IMG/VR virus record: IMGVR_UViG_3300037261_000082
Span: 1-64,000 of that record
DNA: 64,000 bases
Strand: one strand, 5' to 3'
DNA from: a virus
Part shown: in pieces, positions 1-8,596 of the stretch
Layout of the letters: each line of letters opens with the position of its first letter
How positions within the stretch are numbered: position 1 is the first letter of the stretch
Translations under genes and position numbers: made by a program
The notes under the pieces: generated by a model
The model's input: the letters and a program-made list of their open reading frames with translations, nothing else
Databases searched by the model: none
What the model was told of the DNA's origin: nothing

Positions 1-8
1 GGCGTGGT

Positions 9-263
9 TTGATCAGTGTAGGGACTATCACAAGAGTGACTAACCATTCCAGTAAATCTATTCGTATTCGTGCTTCTGAATTAGGTGTTGTGCTAGTGAT
101 TGGCGGCCAAGCCCAGCGTCCGCCCTATCAGAGCAATCATGGTTCTACTGAGTACGATCATACAATCACAGTAGGTAAGACAGACCGGCTGCTGCTTAAG
201 TTGCATGAGGAGTTTGGTTCGCCTCGGGACGAGGTCTATCCTGGGGTGCAGGTAAGAGCATGA
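9..263 (+). CDS. hypothetical protein (start uncertain)
   Basis: ORF whose stop overlaps the next ATG (ATGA at 260-263). Confidence 0.4.
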   Translation: MISVGTITRVTNHSSKSIRIRASELGVVLVIGGQAQRPPYQSNHGSTEYDHTITVGKTDRLLLKLHEEFGSPRDEVYPGVQVRA

Positions 264-355
264 CACCACAGAGGGAACAACCCGTTCTTATCTGGATCAT
301 CATGATTGTTTTGGTTGGGGCAATTATTGTGCTTGCTTTAGGGGATTTGCCTTGA
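260..355 (+). CDS. small single-TM protein (31 aa)
   Basis: Read manually: MTPQREQPVLIWIIMIVLVGAIIVLALGDLP; overlaps both neighbours (ATGA, TTGA). Confidence 0.55.
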   Translation: MTPQREQPVLIWIIMIVLVGAIIVLALGDLP

Positions 356-756
356 CCCCCACTTGGGACAACCCACGGGATAGTCTGCACCGGGAAATAG
401 CAGAACTGCGGGAAATGGTTGGTGACAGAGACCAGCGCATTGCAGAATTAGTAGATATGTTAACGGTGCCTGACGTTGACTTGCACAGGGTTTGGCGGTT
501 TACTCCTTGTGAGGATAGAGCCTTGCGGTTGCTTCTTAAGGGAGGGCTCAAGACAAGAGAACTCCTGATGAATTTTATGTATGACGATAAGCAGCCGACG
601 CCCCACGTATTGGACATCTTCATTATGAGTCTGCGGCAGAAGTTGGCACCACAAGAGATTGTAATTGATACTATTTATGGGCGGGGCTTTCGTATTTCCG
701 ATAAGGACATTGCCCGTGTGAAGCACTTGTGCAAGGCACAAGAGCAGGCAGCATGA
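352..756 (+). CDS. OmpR/CtrA-type winged-helix DNA-binding protein, short coiled coil in place of a receiver domain
   Basis: TRELLMNFMY...VLDIFIMSLRQKL...IDTIYGRGFRI resembles the CtrA C-terminal domain. Confidence 0.75.
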   Translation: MTPTWDNPRDSLHREIAELREMVGDRDQRIAELVDMLTVPDVDLHRVWRFTPCEDRALRLLLKGGLKTRELLMNFMYDDKQPTPHVLDIFIMSLRQKLAPQEIVIDTIYGRGFRISDKDIARVKHLCKAQEQAA

Positions 757-950
757 TGCCTATCCTCGCTCGCATTGAGGACTGGTTAGCCTTAACCCAG
801 ATGTGTCGTTGTGTTGAGAAGTTGGCAACTCCAAATAGCACAATGGGTTTCTGTTGCATGCGGGTAGAGCCAGGAGATATGTACTGCAAAAGGCATATGA
901 TGGCAGTCGTCAAGTTGCGCAAGTCAAACAATAAACGCGAAGGAACATAG
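753..950 (+). CDS. stand-alone GcrA C-terminal-like Cys/His domain protein
   Basis: C...FC-x6-G-x2-YC-x2-H with the same spacing as the GcrA at 58095; ATG 753 overlaps the upstream stop. Confidence 0.6.
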   Translation: MMPILARIEDWLALTQMCRCVEKLATPNSTMGFCCMRVEPGDMYCKRHMMAVVKLRKSNNKREGT

Positions 951-954
951 TACA

Positions 955-1260
955 ATGTCATATCCGGAAAAAGGCGCTGGCTATTCCCACAAGCCCAAGT
1001 TCATTGAGCGGATGAAGCGGGCGGAAGGTGGTGCTGCGCCACAGCCAAGTGATTTATACGACCCAGAGCAATTAGAAAGCATTGCTAGTCAGGAAAAGCG
1101 TTTTAATCCGCCGTCTGCGCAGGATCAGCTAGCCGCTAAGCAAGTTGATCCTAACATTGAATTATTAAATACTCCTCGCTCGTTTGGCTCCAACCCACAC
1201 GGCTCTATTGACGCGCAAGGCAAAGTGCATGGTATGAAGCGTGGCGGCCACAAAAAGTAG
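955..1260 (+). CDS. small GG-motif protein, probable virion/internal protein
   Basis: RAEGG and MKRGG motifs; GAAGGA RBS. Confidence 0.7.
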   Translation: MSYPEKGAGYSHKPKFIERMKRAEGGAAPQPSDLYDPEQLESIASQEKRFNPPSAQDQLAAKQVDPNIELLNTPRSFGSNPHGSIDAQGKVHGMKRGGHKK

Positions 1261-1315
1261 TTAGAGAATTTACTCAGCTGCCACTCGGTGCAGCACAAAA
1301 CAGGAGACTGACCCG

Positions 1316-2134
1316 ATGGCTCACCCGATGAAGAAAGATCTAGAAGGTGTGACTGGGCATAATGCCAAGTTGCGTCGTATGACTGCTCACTATGGTGATG
1401 CAGATCCGGCAATGAAGAAGAATGCGCCGGTTGACATGCTCAAGAGTGAAGGCCCAGAAGATGCAGTTGGCTATGGCTCTGATTCGTCTAATAAGACCGC
1501 GAAGCGGGGCGACCGTAAAGCTAGACGTTCTACGCCCGCTAATCCGCTCGCTACTTATCGGAAGGGTGGGCGTGTGCACGCCAAGGGCAAGCGTGCTTCG
1601 GGTGGTTCCATTTCCGATATTGAGCAGGCCAATGTCGATCAGAAGTTGTCTACCCAGGGCCGCGCTCGTGGTGGCCGCACCAAGCACAAGGGCACCCATG
1701 TCAACGTGATCGTGGCTCCTCAGGGCGGCGGAGCTCCTGCAGCGCCTCCTATGCCTCCGTTGGGGGCTAACCCTGCTATGATGCCCCCGAAGCCGCCTAT
1801 GGTCCCTCCAGGGGCCGGTGCAGGCCCAATGCCGGGCGGACCCATGGCTGGCGGGCCAGGAATGATGCCTCCTATGGCCCCAGGCGCACCGGGCGGTCTG
1901 CCTCCTGGCTTAATGCCGCCCCGCGCTCGTGGTGGTAAGGTGGAACACGCCGACGCGAAAGAGGACAAGGCTATGATCAAGAAGATGGTCAAGCCGGAAT
2001 CACTCAAGCGTGCACGGGGTGGTCGTTTACCTAATCAGAAGCATCACATGACTGCTGGTGCGGCCTCGGGCGATGGACGCCTGGAGAAGATTGGCAAGAA
2101 GGCCCACGACGCTGGTCGTCCGCAGACGGTCTAA
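1316..2134 (+). CDS. basic Pro/Gly/Met-rich GG-motif protein, probable internal virion protein
   Basis: AGGAG RBS; five RxxGG-type motifs. Confidence 0.8.
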   Translation: MAHPMKKDLEGVTGHNAKLRRMTAHYGDADPAMKKNAPVDMLKSEGPEDAVGYGSDSSNKTAKRGDRKARRSTPANPLATYRKGGRVHAKGKRASGGSISDIEQANVDQKLSTQGRARGGRTKHKGTHVNVIVAPQGGGAPAAPPMPPLGANPAMMPPKPPMVPPGAGAGPMPGGPMAGGPGMMPPMAPGAPGGLPPGLMPPRARGGKVEHADAKEDKAMIKKMVKPESLKRARGGRLPNQKHHMTAGAASGDGRLEKIGKKAHDAGRPQTV

Positions 2135-2340
2135 TGTCTTCTCTGAACACTCCAGCATTAACTCGTCAAGCCATCATAAGACTGGTAAAGCTTGAAAGTT
2201 TGTACTGGGGTGTTCAGTTTGTGTTTGACGATGGTGAGATTATATGGGCTACGCAGACATTTCCGACGAAGGCTGAAGCCGTTGAAGCCTTGCAGGTTTG
2301 GGTTGCGGAAAATGGAGCCCAGACTGCGACAGTTCACTAG
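2134..2340 (+). CDS. hypothetical protein
   Basis: TAATG coupling to the upstream gene. Confidence 0.55.
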   Translation: MSSLNTPALTRQAIIRLVKLESLYWGVQFVFDDGEIIWATQTFPTKAEAVEALQVWVAENGAQTATVH

Positions 2341-2360
2341 GCGTGGAGTATGTATAGATC

Positions 2361-2636
2361 ATGGGCCTTCTTGAACGCCATTTAGACGAAGACTTGATTG
2401 ATCGCATGGCAGCGGGTTGGACGCCCTCGGCTAGAACAGTGCCTGTCAAGAAGGGCAGGACAGCGCGGGTTGCTAAGAGCTATCGTGCTGCTAGGCGCAA
2501 TGAAGCCAAAGGAACAGTCTGGGCTGGTGCTCAAGCGAAGCAGCGCTACCTACCACCCATTCGTCTTAACCGTTCCGAGAAGTGGGATGGTGTTGTCTTG
2601 ACGAAGCCGTATGGCTTTCCGTATGTAAATCGATAA
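2361..2636 (+). CDS. hypothetical basic protein
   Basis: GGAG RBS, ORF. Confidence 0.55.
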   Translation: MGLLERHLDEDLIDRMAAGWTPSARTVPVKKGRTARVAKSYRAARRNEAKGTVWAGAQAKQRYLPPIRLNRSEKWDGVVLTKPYGFPYVNR

Positions 2637-2652
2637 GTGTGGAGAGGCTTTC

Positions 2653-2967
2653 ATGTGTGGCGGGACAGTTACAGGCGATGCTGATGCGGCCAGAAGTCTA
2701 GTTACTCTTCTTGAGGGTTATTGCGGTAATACAAACCTAACCTCAAAAGACTTACGACGGCTTATCCGAGAGAACTGGACTATTATTAAGGTACTTGCCC
2801 ATCAAATTCATGACGAGGAAACTTCTCGCGAAACTGTACGTCGGCAATCGGCAAAGAATATAGCTGAGCTAGATGCAGAAGGCATTATGCGTATAACTGA
2901 AGGTAAAGGAACTTCGGAGATTAAGCACTCGTTTAGGATAATCACCGAAGCAATGGAAAAGGCTTAG
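2653..2967 (+). CDS. hypothetical protein
   Basis: GGAGAGG RBS, ORF. Confidence 0.6.
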   Translation: MCGGTVTGDADAARSLVTLLEGYCGNTNLTSKDLRRLIRENWTIIKVLAHQIHDEETSRETVRRQSAKNIAELDAEGIMRITEGKGTSEIKHSFRIITEAMEKA

Positions 2968-2970
2968 CTG

Positions 2971-3171
2971 GTGGTTACTCTCCCTGCCCCTTTTCAAATA
3001 AAAGAATGGGTGACGCGATATATGGCGTTGCAGAATCCGGCAACTCAAATTCTTGTTGAACGCAACCGGCGTTACTGGCTTGATCGTACCCGGCAAGAGT
3101 TGCTTAACAATTATTGGGGCAATAATCCTGGCGAACTAGACCGCTGGGCTGACGATGGAGGCAGAGCATAA
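2971..3171 (+). CDS. hypothetical protein
   Basis: Fills the gap in the operon. Confidence 0.45.
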   Translation: MVTLPAPFQIKEWVTRYMALQNPATQILVERNRRYWLDRTRQELLNNYWGNNPGELDRWADDGGRA

Positions 3172-3172
3172 C

Positions 3173-3433
3173 ATGCCTCCTTCTCTCCTTGATCCATTTC
3201 ATCGCGCCCTACACACTCAGGTGTCTAAGACCATTGACGACCGCATGGTCAACCTAGCGCAGGGTGGTGCTGCTTCAATTGAAGGCTCAGCACAGACGGT
3301 TGCGGAAAAGTATGCAGCCCATGTGTCCTACATCAAAGCCTTATCAGATGTGCTGGGCTGGTGTGAGGAGCTAGAGCGGGAACAGTATGGGTTACGGCCT
3401 AGTGAAGAGGGCGAAGGCCAGGGCGGTGCATAA
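3173..3433 (+). CDS. helical head-module protein upstream of GroES
   Basis: GGAGG RBS before ATG 3173; position before the GroES-like gene. Confidence 0.65.
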   Translation: MPPSLLDPFHRALHTQVSKTIDDRMVNLAQGGAASIEGSAQTVAEKYAAHVSYIKALSDVLGWCEELEREQYGLRPSEEGEGQGGA

Positions 3434-3515
3434 GTGACTTTACTAGCCCATGCCGTTGCGTTATGGTTGATCGGCAATGAGATTGTGTTTTTGTTGTATT
3501 TTGAGGAGAGTATAA

Positions 3516-3908
3516 ATGCCACCTATGCTTATGAAGCACGACGCTGACCCCGCCATGGCTATTATGAAACAGGCGGGCAATCTTGATGCCTTTGAGTTAT
3601 TTGGGAATCAAGTTTTGCTGGGCGTCTATATGCGCCCCAAGGTTACTAAGTCTGGTATTCACTTGGCAGACCAGACCCTCAAGGAAGACGAACATCAGGG
3701 CAAGGCTGGGCTGGTTCTCAAAAAGGGGCCAGCCGCATTTGTATCTGACGACAACTATGATTTCCGAGGTCAGGATGTGCAAGTTGGTGAATGGGTAGCC
3801 ATCTTCATATCAGATGGACGTAAGATTGCCATTAATGGGCAACTCTGCAGGCTCGTCGAAGATCATCACATTCGTTTGAAGATTCCGGCACCAGACGTAG
3901 TATTTTGA
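3516..3908 (+). CDS. groES: GroES-like co-chaperonin
   Basis: KVTKSGIHL mobile loop; GKAGLVLKKGP; VQVGEWV. Confidence 0.85.
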   Translation: MPPMLMKHDADPAMAIMKQAGNLDAFELFGNQVLLGVYMRPKVTKSGIHLADQTLKEDEHQGKAGLVLKKGPAAFVSDDNYDFRGQDVQVGEWVAIFISDGRKIAINGQLCRLVEDHHIRLKIPAPDVVF

Positions 3909-3939
3909 TTAAGCGTTTTTGAGGAGGAGAATAATTCCG

Positions 3940-5061
3940 ATGGCTGACAAAAAAGATGAAGCAGTTGTGGAAGTTGCTGACGAGGGCGTTGTCACTGTGG
4001 ACGTTACTGATAATCCTGACCTTGCAGACGTGGGCAAGGAAGCGGCTAAAGAAGGCGAAGAGAAAGAGCCAGTCGTCAAACTGGCTGACGAAGCCAAGCC
4101 GGAAAAGAAATCCGTTCCAAGAGTTAAGCTAGCTGAGAAGGCTGCCGTTGACGAAGCTAAGGTCGCCCTAGACCAGGCGGTTAAGACAGCGGCTGATGAA
4201 CGTAAGGCCCGTGAAGCAGCTGAGGCTACAGCCCAGGCCGAGCGTAGGCGTGCTGATGCGGCCACGAGCCAGGTTACTGCCCGTGACCAGGAACTAGCGG
4301 CTAGGGCTGAGGCAGCTGATGCCCGCGAACTAACCATCCTGGATAACGGCATTGCGTCTGCTACGGCGTTGCTGACGTCCTTACAGGACGAGAGCACGCG
4401 TCTGATGGAAGCTGGCGAGTTTGCCAAGGTTACGGCAGTTCAAACTAAGCTGGCCCGTGCAGCATCGCAACTCGATAGGCTAGAGGCTGCCAAGGCGGAT
4501 TACGAATCAGGCGTGCGCACGGTGCCTACCACTGAGGGTCGTGTAGAGGCTGCAGTTGCAAGCCAACTCAATCCTCTAGATCAGTATTTGTCAGGCTTTG
4601 CCCCCAAGGCACAGACCTGGCTGCGCGCCCACCCTGAATGCATCCCAGCGTCCATAGGCGGCAACGCAGCTAAGAACGCCAAGATGATGGCGGGGCATTG
4701 GGCGGCACTTGGCGAAGGCTTGCAGGAGGGTTCTGACGACTATTACCGGGTCATTGAGGAACATGCTGGCTATCGTACGCCCGTGTCTAAGGCGGCTGAC
4801 GTTGTAGAGGCTGGTGAGGAAGAGGAAGCCCCTGCGCCTAAGAAGGCCAAGGTGCACCCCTCTGCCCCTATATCTCGTGAGGTGCCTGGCGCAGACGGCA
4901 AGGTTGCTCGTACGACTCGTTCGGTCACCTTGACCAAGGAGCAACAGGATGCCGCCAAGATGAGCTTCCCACAGTTGCCCCCGAACCAGGCCTTTGCCCA
5001 GTATGCACGCAATTTGCTGGAGCTAGAGGCAGAAGGTAAAATGGGAAGAATTACTCATTAA
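3940..5061 (+). CDS. putative capsid scaffolding protein
   Basis: Acidic N-terminus, long coiled coil, C-terminal VTLTKEQ...YARN; located between GroES and capsid genes. Confidence 0.75.
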   Translation: MADKKDEAVVEVADEGVVTVDVTDNPDLADVGKEAAKEGEEKEPVVKLADEAKPEKKSVPRVKLAEKAAVDEAKVALDQAVKTAADERKAREAAEATAQAERRRADAATSQVTARDQELAARAEAADARELTILDNGIASATALLTSLQDESTRLMEAGEFAKVTAVQTKLARAASQLDRLEAAKADYESGVRTVPTTEGRVEAAVASQLNPLDQYLSGFAPKAQTWLRAHPECIPASIGGNAAKNAKMMAGHWAALGEGLQEGSDDYYRVIEEHAGYRTPVSKAADVVEAGEEEEAPAPKKAKVHPSAPISREVPGADGKVARTTRSVTLTKEQQDAAKMSFPQLPPNQAFAQYARNLLELEAEGKMGRITH

Positions 5062-5212
5062 AGAAACCCAAGATGGAGCGCCGAAAAAGATATCGATGGG
5101 GTGGGTGCTGGCGTCGCGTTAGCACAATGATCCGCGCGTATCCGCTTAATCATCGTAGGGCTTGGATTTGGCACCACCCAAAATTCAATTCATAGAATAG
5201 GAGTTCTACACA

Positions 5213-5764
5213 ATGACCGAAGCCGAACCCGTTACCCGTCGCCGCCTTAAGACACCAGTTGTGGAGCGTCCACCGCAGCGGGCTACAGCAACTGACGCTC
5301 GTGAGCCACAGCACGAACCAGTTCATGCTGAGGCTAGGCGCACGCGCCGTCGTAAGGCCACTGTTAATGACGATATGTTCTACATCCCCATTGACGAGAT
5401 CCCAGAAGGTTCCTCATACGAGTGGAAGCGCTGGTCCGTTAATGGTCTTGAGGATCCTTTCTACATTGCTCAGATGCGTGAGCAAGGCTGGGAGCCGGTC
5501 AATCCGAAGCGTCATCCAACCTGGGTTCCGCCTGGGTACAGCCAGCCGCACATCATTAAGGGTGGCCAGATCCTGATGGAACGGCCAATAGAACTCACGC
5601 GGGAAGCCCAGGCTGAGCAACGCAAGCTGGCCAAGAACCAAATGCGTGAAGCCGAGCAGCGTTTGGGTATGACTCCTAAGGATACCTTGACACGGCAGCA
5701 TCCTGGTGCTGAACCTCGCATCGTCAAGGAGTATATGCGGCCTGTGACTGCAATTGAGGAATAA
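5213..5764 (+). CDS. conserved head-module protein
   Basis: YEWKR...MREQGWEPV motif; AGGAG RBS. Confidence 0.75.
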   Translation: MTEAEPVTRRRLKTPVVERPPQRATATDAREPQHEPVHAEARRTRRRKATVNDDMFYIPIDEIPEGSSYEWKRWSVNGLEDPFYIAQMREQGWEPVNPKRHPTWVPPGYSQPHIIKGGQILMERPIELTREAQAEQRKLAKNQMREAEQRLGMTPKDTLTRQHPGAEPRIVKEYMRPVTAIEE

Positions 5765-5779
5765 CATTTACTGCTAGAA

Positions 5780-6070
5780 TTGCTCAGGGTCTGCTGCGCG
5801 TTGGAAGGGGAACTACCATTGTCAAAACCAAAGCGCCATCCATTCCGATTAATGAATGGCCGTGAGACAGATCCTGACTTTTCCCAGTACCATCATCTAC
5901 GTCGTCCCATAACAACCTGGATTAGCAATGCGGAATATGATCTGTTCCAGAGCATAGTGAAATCCCACGGGGTGACAGGTGCGGCATATTTACGGGCTGT
6001 GCTGATTGATGTAATTGCCGAGGAAGGTCCGAAAGTGAAGACGTTGTTTACGCAGGCTCTAGAAAGTTAA
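5780..6070 (+). CDS. small ribbon-helix-helix-like DNA-binding protein (start uncertain)
   Basis: ITTWISNAEYDLF...GVTGAAYLRAVL strand-helix-helix pattern. Confidence 0.5.
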   Translation: MLRVCCALEGELPLSKPKRHPFRLMNGRETDPDFSQYHHLRRPITTWISNAEYDLFQSIVKSHGVTGAAYLRAVLIDVIAEEGPKVKTLFTQALES

Positions 6071-6090
6071 AACTTTTCTTTGATTACCCA

Positions 6091-6343
6091 CTTGACTTTT
6101 TGTTTGCTTAACATCCATTACTTGATCATAGAAGTTTTCCGGCAGTCCGATAAGCTGCTGAAGGGTCTCGGAATCGAATTAGGTTCTTGACGATCAAAAG
6201 AGCAAACCTGGGTCCCGCATGGGCCTTTAAGGTGACTCCAGCTACAAACTAGCTGCCGAGCGCAATGCGGTAGCCTCTCAACCCTGGTAGTAGTCTAGGT
6301 CAAGCTGACCCTAGCCACTAACCAAGCCTGGGACCGTATTCAA
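6091..6343 (+). promoter_or_regulatory. possible promoter and structured leader of the decoration/capsid operon
   Basis: TTGACT at 6092; stems 6252-6258/6268-6274 and 6295-6302/6306-6314; 6211-6216 complementary to 6330-6335. Confidence 0.45.
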
Positions 6344-6979
6344 ATGGCTAACGTCCTTGCACCATTTGGCTTTGCTCAGGTTGGCACCACGGGCATGCCC
6401 CCAAACTTTGCGCGTGCTGGTAGTGGTTCCCCGTATAAGATCAAGGCTAGCTTTGTCACCCCCATCTATTATGGTGACGCGGTTCGCATGTGGATTAGTG
6501 GTGATGACAGTTCTGGCAACCCCGGTTATATTACGCCTTGGGTAGCTGCTGACGGTAGTTCACCCACTAAGATTCTCGTTGGCATTTTCCTTGGTTGTGA
6601 GTATTACTCATCCTCGCAGCGTCAAAACGTCAAGAGTCAGTTTTGGCCAGGTGGTGATGCTGCGGCCGATGGCATAGCCTACGTTTGTGACGACCCTGAT
6701 TCTGAGTGGATGGTGCAGGCCGGAGTCGCTGCTACGCCCTTCACACAAATCTATGTTGGCTCGACGGCTGATGTTGTGGTTTCCCCCACGGGCAGCACCA
6801 TCACAGGCATTTCTGGGATGACTCTTGATACACCCACGACTACGGTGTCCTTCCCATTCAAGGTGAGAAACGTAATCACGACCCCGCCGACCGCTAACGG
6901 TCGCGACCTGCTCACGGCGTACAACTACGTCACCGTTGCCTTCAACAACCAGATATACAAAGCACTCCTAGGGGTCTAA
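6344..6979 (+). CDS. capsid decoration/cement-like protein, paralog 1
   Basis: MANVLAPFGF...IYYGDAV...VGIFLGC...DDPD pattern upstream of the MCP. Confidence 0.75.
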   Translation: MANVLAPFGFAQVGTTGMPPNFARAGSGSPYKIKASFVTPIYYGDAVRMWISGDDSSGNPGYITPWVAADGSSPTKILVGIFLGCEYYSSSQRQNVKSQFWPGGDAAADGIAYVCDDPDSEWMVQAGVAATPFTQIYVGSTADVVVSPTGSTITGISGMTLDTPTTTVSFPFKVRNVITTPPTANGRDLLTAYNYVTVAFNNQIYKALLGV

Positions 6980-6983
6980 GCAC

Positions 6984-7601
6984 ATGACTGTAAACGTCCA
7001 AGCACCCTTCGGTTTTCTCCAGATTGGCACTGCCTCTGGGCCACCGAACTTTGCCGAGAATCATAATCCACCTTATCGGATTGCGTCGGGCTATGGCACC
7101 GCCATTTATTTTGGCGACGCCGTACGCATGAACGTTTCCGGCCCTACTGGCTATATTGAGCAGTGGGCTAATGGTGATGGTGGTACTGCTACTAAGATTC
7201 TAGTTGGCATCTTCGTTGGTTGCAGCTACTTCTCAACGGCACGAGGCTACAACGTCGAAAGTCGTTACTGGCCTGGTTCCGATGCTACTGGCGACGTTCG
7301 CGCTTATGTTGTGGACGACCCAAATAGTCAATGGAAGATACAGGCGGGCATTGGCTCAGCCATCACCCAGACCTCAATTGGTGCTTGTGCTGATATTGTA
7401 GCTACTCCGCTGGGCAGTACTGTGACGGGTCAGTCCGGCATGTGCCTTTCAACGCCAACCACAACTGTTACGCTTCCGTTCAAGGTGGTGAACGTCATCA
7501 CCTCTCCGCCAGGTGCGCCGGGCACGGATCTCACGGCAGCCTACAACAACGTCATCGTGGCGTTTAACAACCAGCAATATAAAGCCCTCCTAGGAGTCTA
7601 A
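6984..7601 (+). CDS. capsid decoration/cement-like protein, paralog 2
   Basis: Clear paralog of 6344-6979; both end AFNNQxYKALLGV. Confidence 0.75.
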   Translation: MTVNVQAPFGFLQIGTASGPPNFAENHNPPYRIASGYGTAIYFGDAVRMNVSGPTGYIEQWANGDGGTATKILVGIFVGCSYFSTARGYNVESRYWPGSDATGDVRAYVVDDPNSQWKIQAGIGSAITQTSIGACADIVATPLGSTVTGQSGMCLSTPTTTVTLPFKVVNVITSPPGAPGTDLTAAYNNVIVAFNNQQYKALLGV

Positions 7602-7604
7602 GCC

Positions 7605-8531
7605 ATGGCGATCAACGTCGCAGCCATCCGTGACCTTCTTCTGCCTGGCCTCCGGGGTGTCACGGGCGAATATAAGCAGTGGCCAGCTATCTGGCCAAAA
7701 CTCTTCGACCAGGGCAAGTCAGAAATGGCCCAGGAGCGCACCGCTAGTATGCGCTTCCTGCCACTGGCTCAACTGAAAACCGATGGTGGTCAGACCGCCT
7801 TCGACAACAACTCCGGTGAAGCCTTCGTCTATAACCAGTTGCATACTGGTATTGGCCTGGGCTATGGTATCACCCGTAATACGATTGCCGACAACCTGTA
7901 CAAGGCTCAGTTCCGGCCATCCAATCTTGGCCTGCAACGCAGCTTTGCCCAGACGAAGGAGATCTACGCGGCGGCAGTGTTCAACTCGGCTACCACTTAT
8001 GACACGACAGTGGGTGGTGATGGAGTTGCCCTGCTTAGCGCATCGCATCCCCTCCCGGCTGGTGGCTCTGGCCCGGCGACCTGGGCCAATACCCCCGGTA
8101 CGCAAGTGGACCTTAACGAGTCGTCTCTGCTTAACGGCATGATTAGCATCAAGACTGGCATGTACGACAATGCTGGGCTGCGCATGATGGCCACGGGCAA
8201 GACCCTCGTAATCCACCCGAACAACGAGCCTGTTGCGCTCCGGCTCCTGCGTGCTGAGTTGCGTCCGGGCACCGCGATGAACGACCCGAACGTGATCCCC
8301 ACCGTAGCGGGCGGCGTAACGGACTACGTCGAGGACGTGTTCTTTACCTCAGCCTTCCCCTGGTACATCAAGACCGACCAGCCCGGCATGCTCTATCTTG
8401 AACGTGAACCGTTTGAGATTGATATGCAGGTGGACTTCACCACGGACAACCTGTTGGTGAAGGCGTGGGAGAGGTACTCCTTCAATTATAACGATCCCAG
8501 GGCTTTATGGGGATCCTCACCGACCTCATAA
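7605..8531 (+). CDS. major capsid protein
   Basis: LLLPGLR N-terminus, GDGVAL...SHP, DFTTDNL...ERYSF...DPR..WGS; strong codon bias. Confidence 0.9.
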   Translation: MAINVAAIRDLLLPGLRGVTGEYKQWPAIWPKLFDQGKSEMAQERTASMRFLPLAQLKTDGGQTAFDNNSGEAFVYNQLHTGIGLGYGITRNTIADNLYKAQFRPSNLGLQRSFAQTKEIYAAAVFNSATTYDTTVGGDGVALLSASHPLPAGGSGPATWANTPGTQVDLNESSLLNGMISIKTGMYDNAGLRMMATGKTLVIHPNNEPVALRLLRAELRPGTAMNDPNVIPTVAGGVTDYVEDVFFTSAFPWYIKTDQPGMLYLEREPFEIDMQVDFTTDNLLVKAWERYSFNYNDPRALWGSSPTS

Positions 8532-8533
8532 CA

Positions 8534-8590
8534 CTCCTAGTCTTTCATCTTAGAGTATGTTATAGTTACTAGGATGAAAGATCTAAGGAG
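8534..8590 (+). promoter_or_regulatory. RBS-sequestering hairpin with an extended -10 element in its loop
   Basis: 8541-8553 pairs with 8569-8581; CTCCT 8534-8538 pairs with AGGAG 8586-8590; TGTTATAGT at 8558-8566. Confidence 0.6.
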
Positions 8591-8596
8591 AAGGAA

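Noticed and set aside
3909-4427. 172-aa antisense ORF and similar shadow ORFs (7719, 27912, 28602, 31547)
   Set aside because: They mirror well-supported + strand genes with biased codons and have no recognisable motifs
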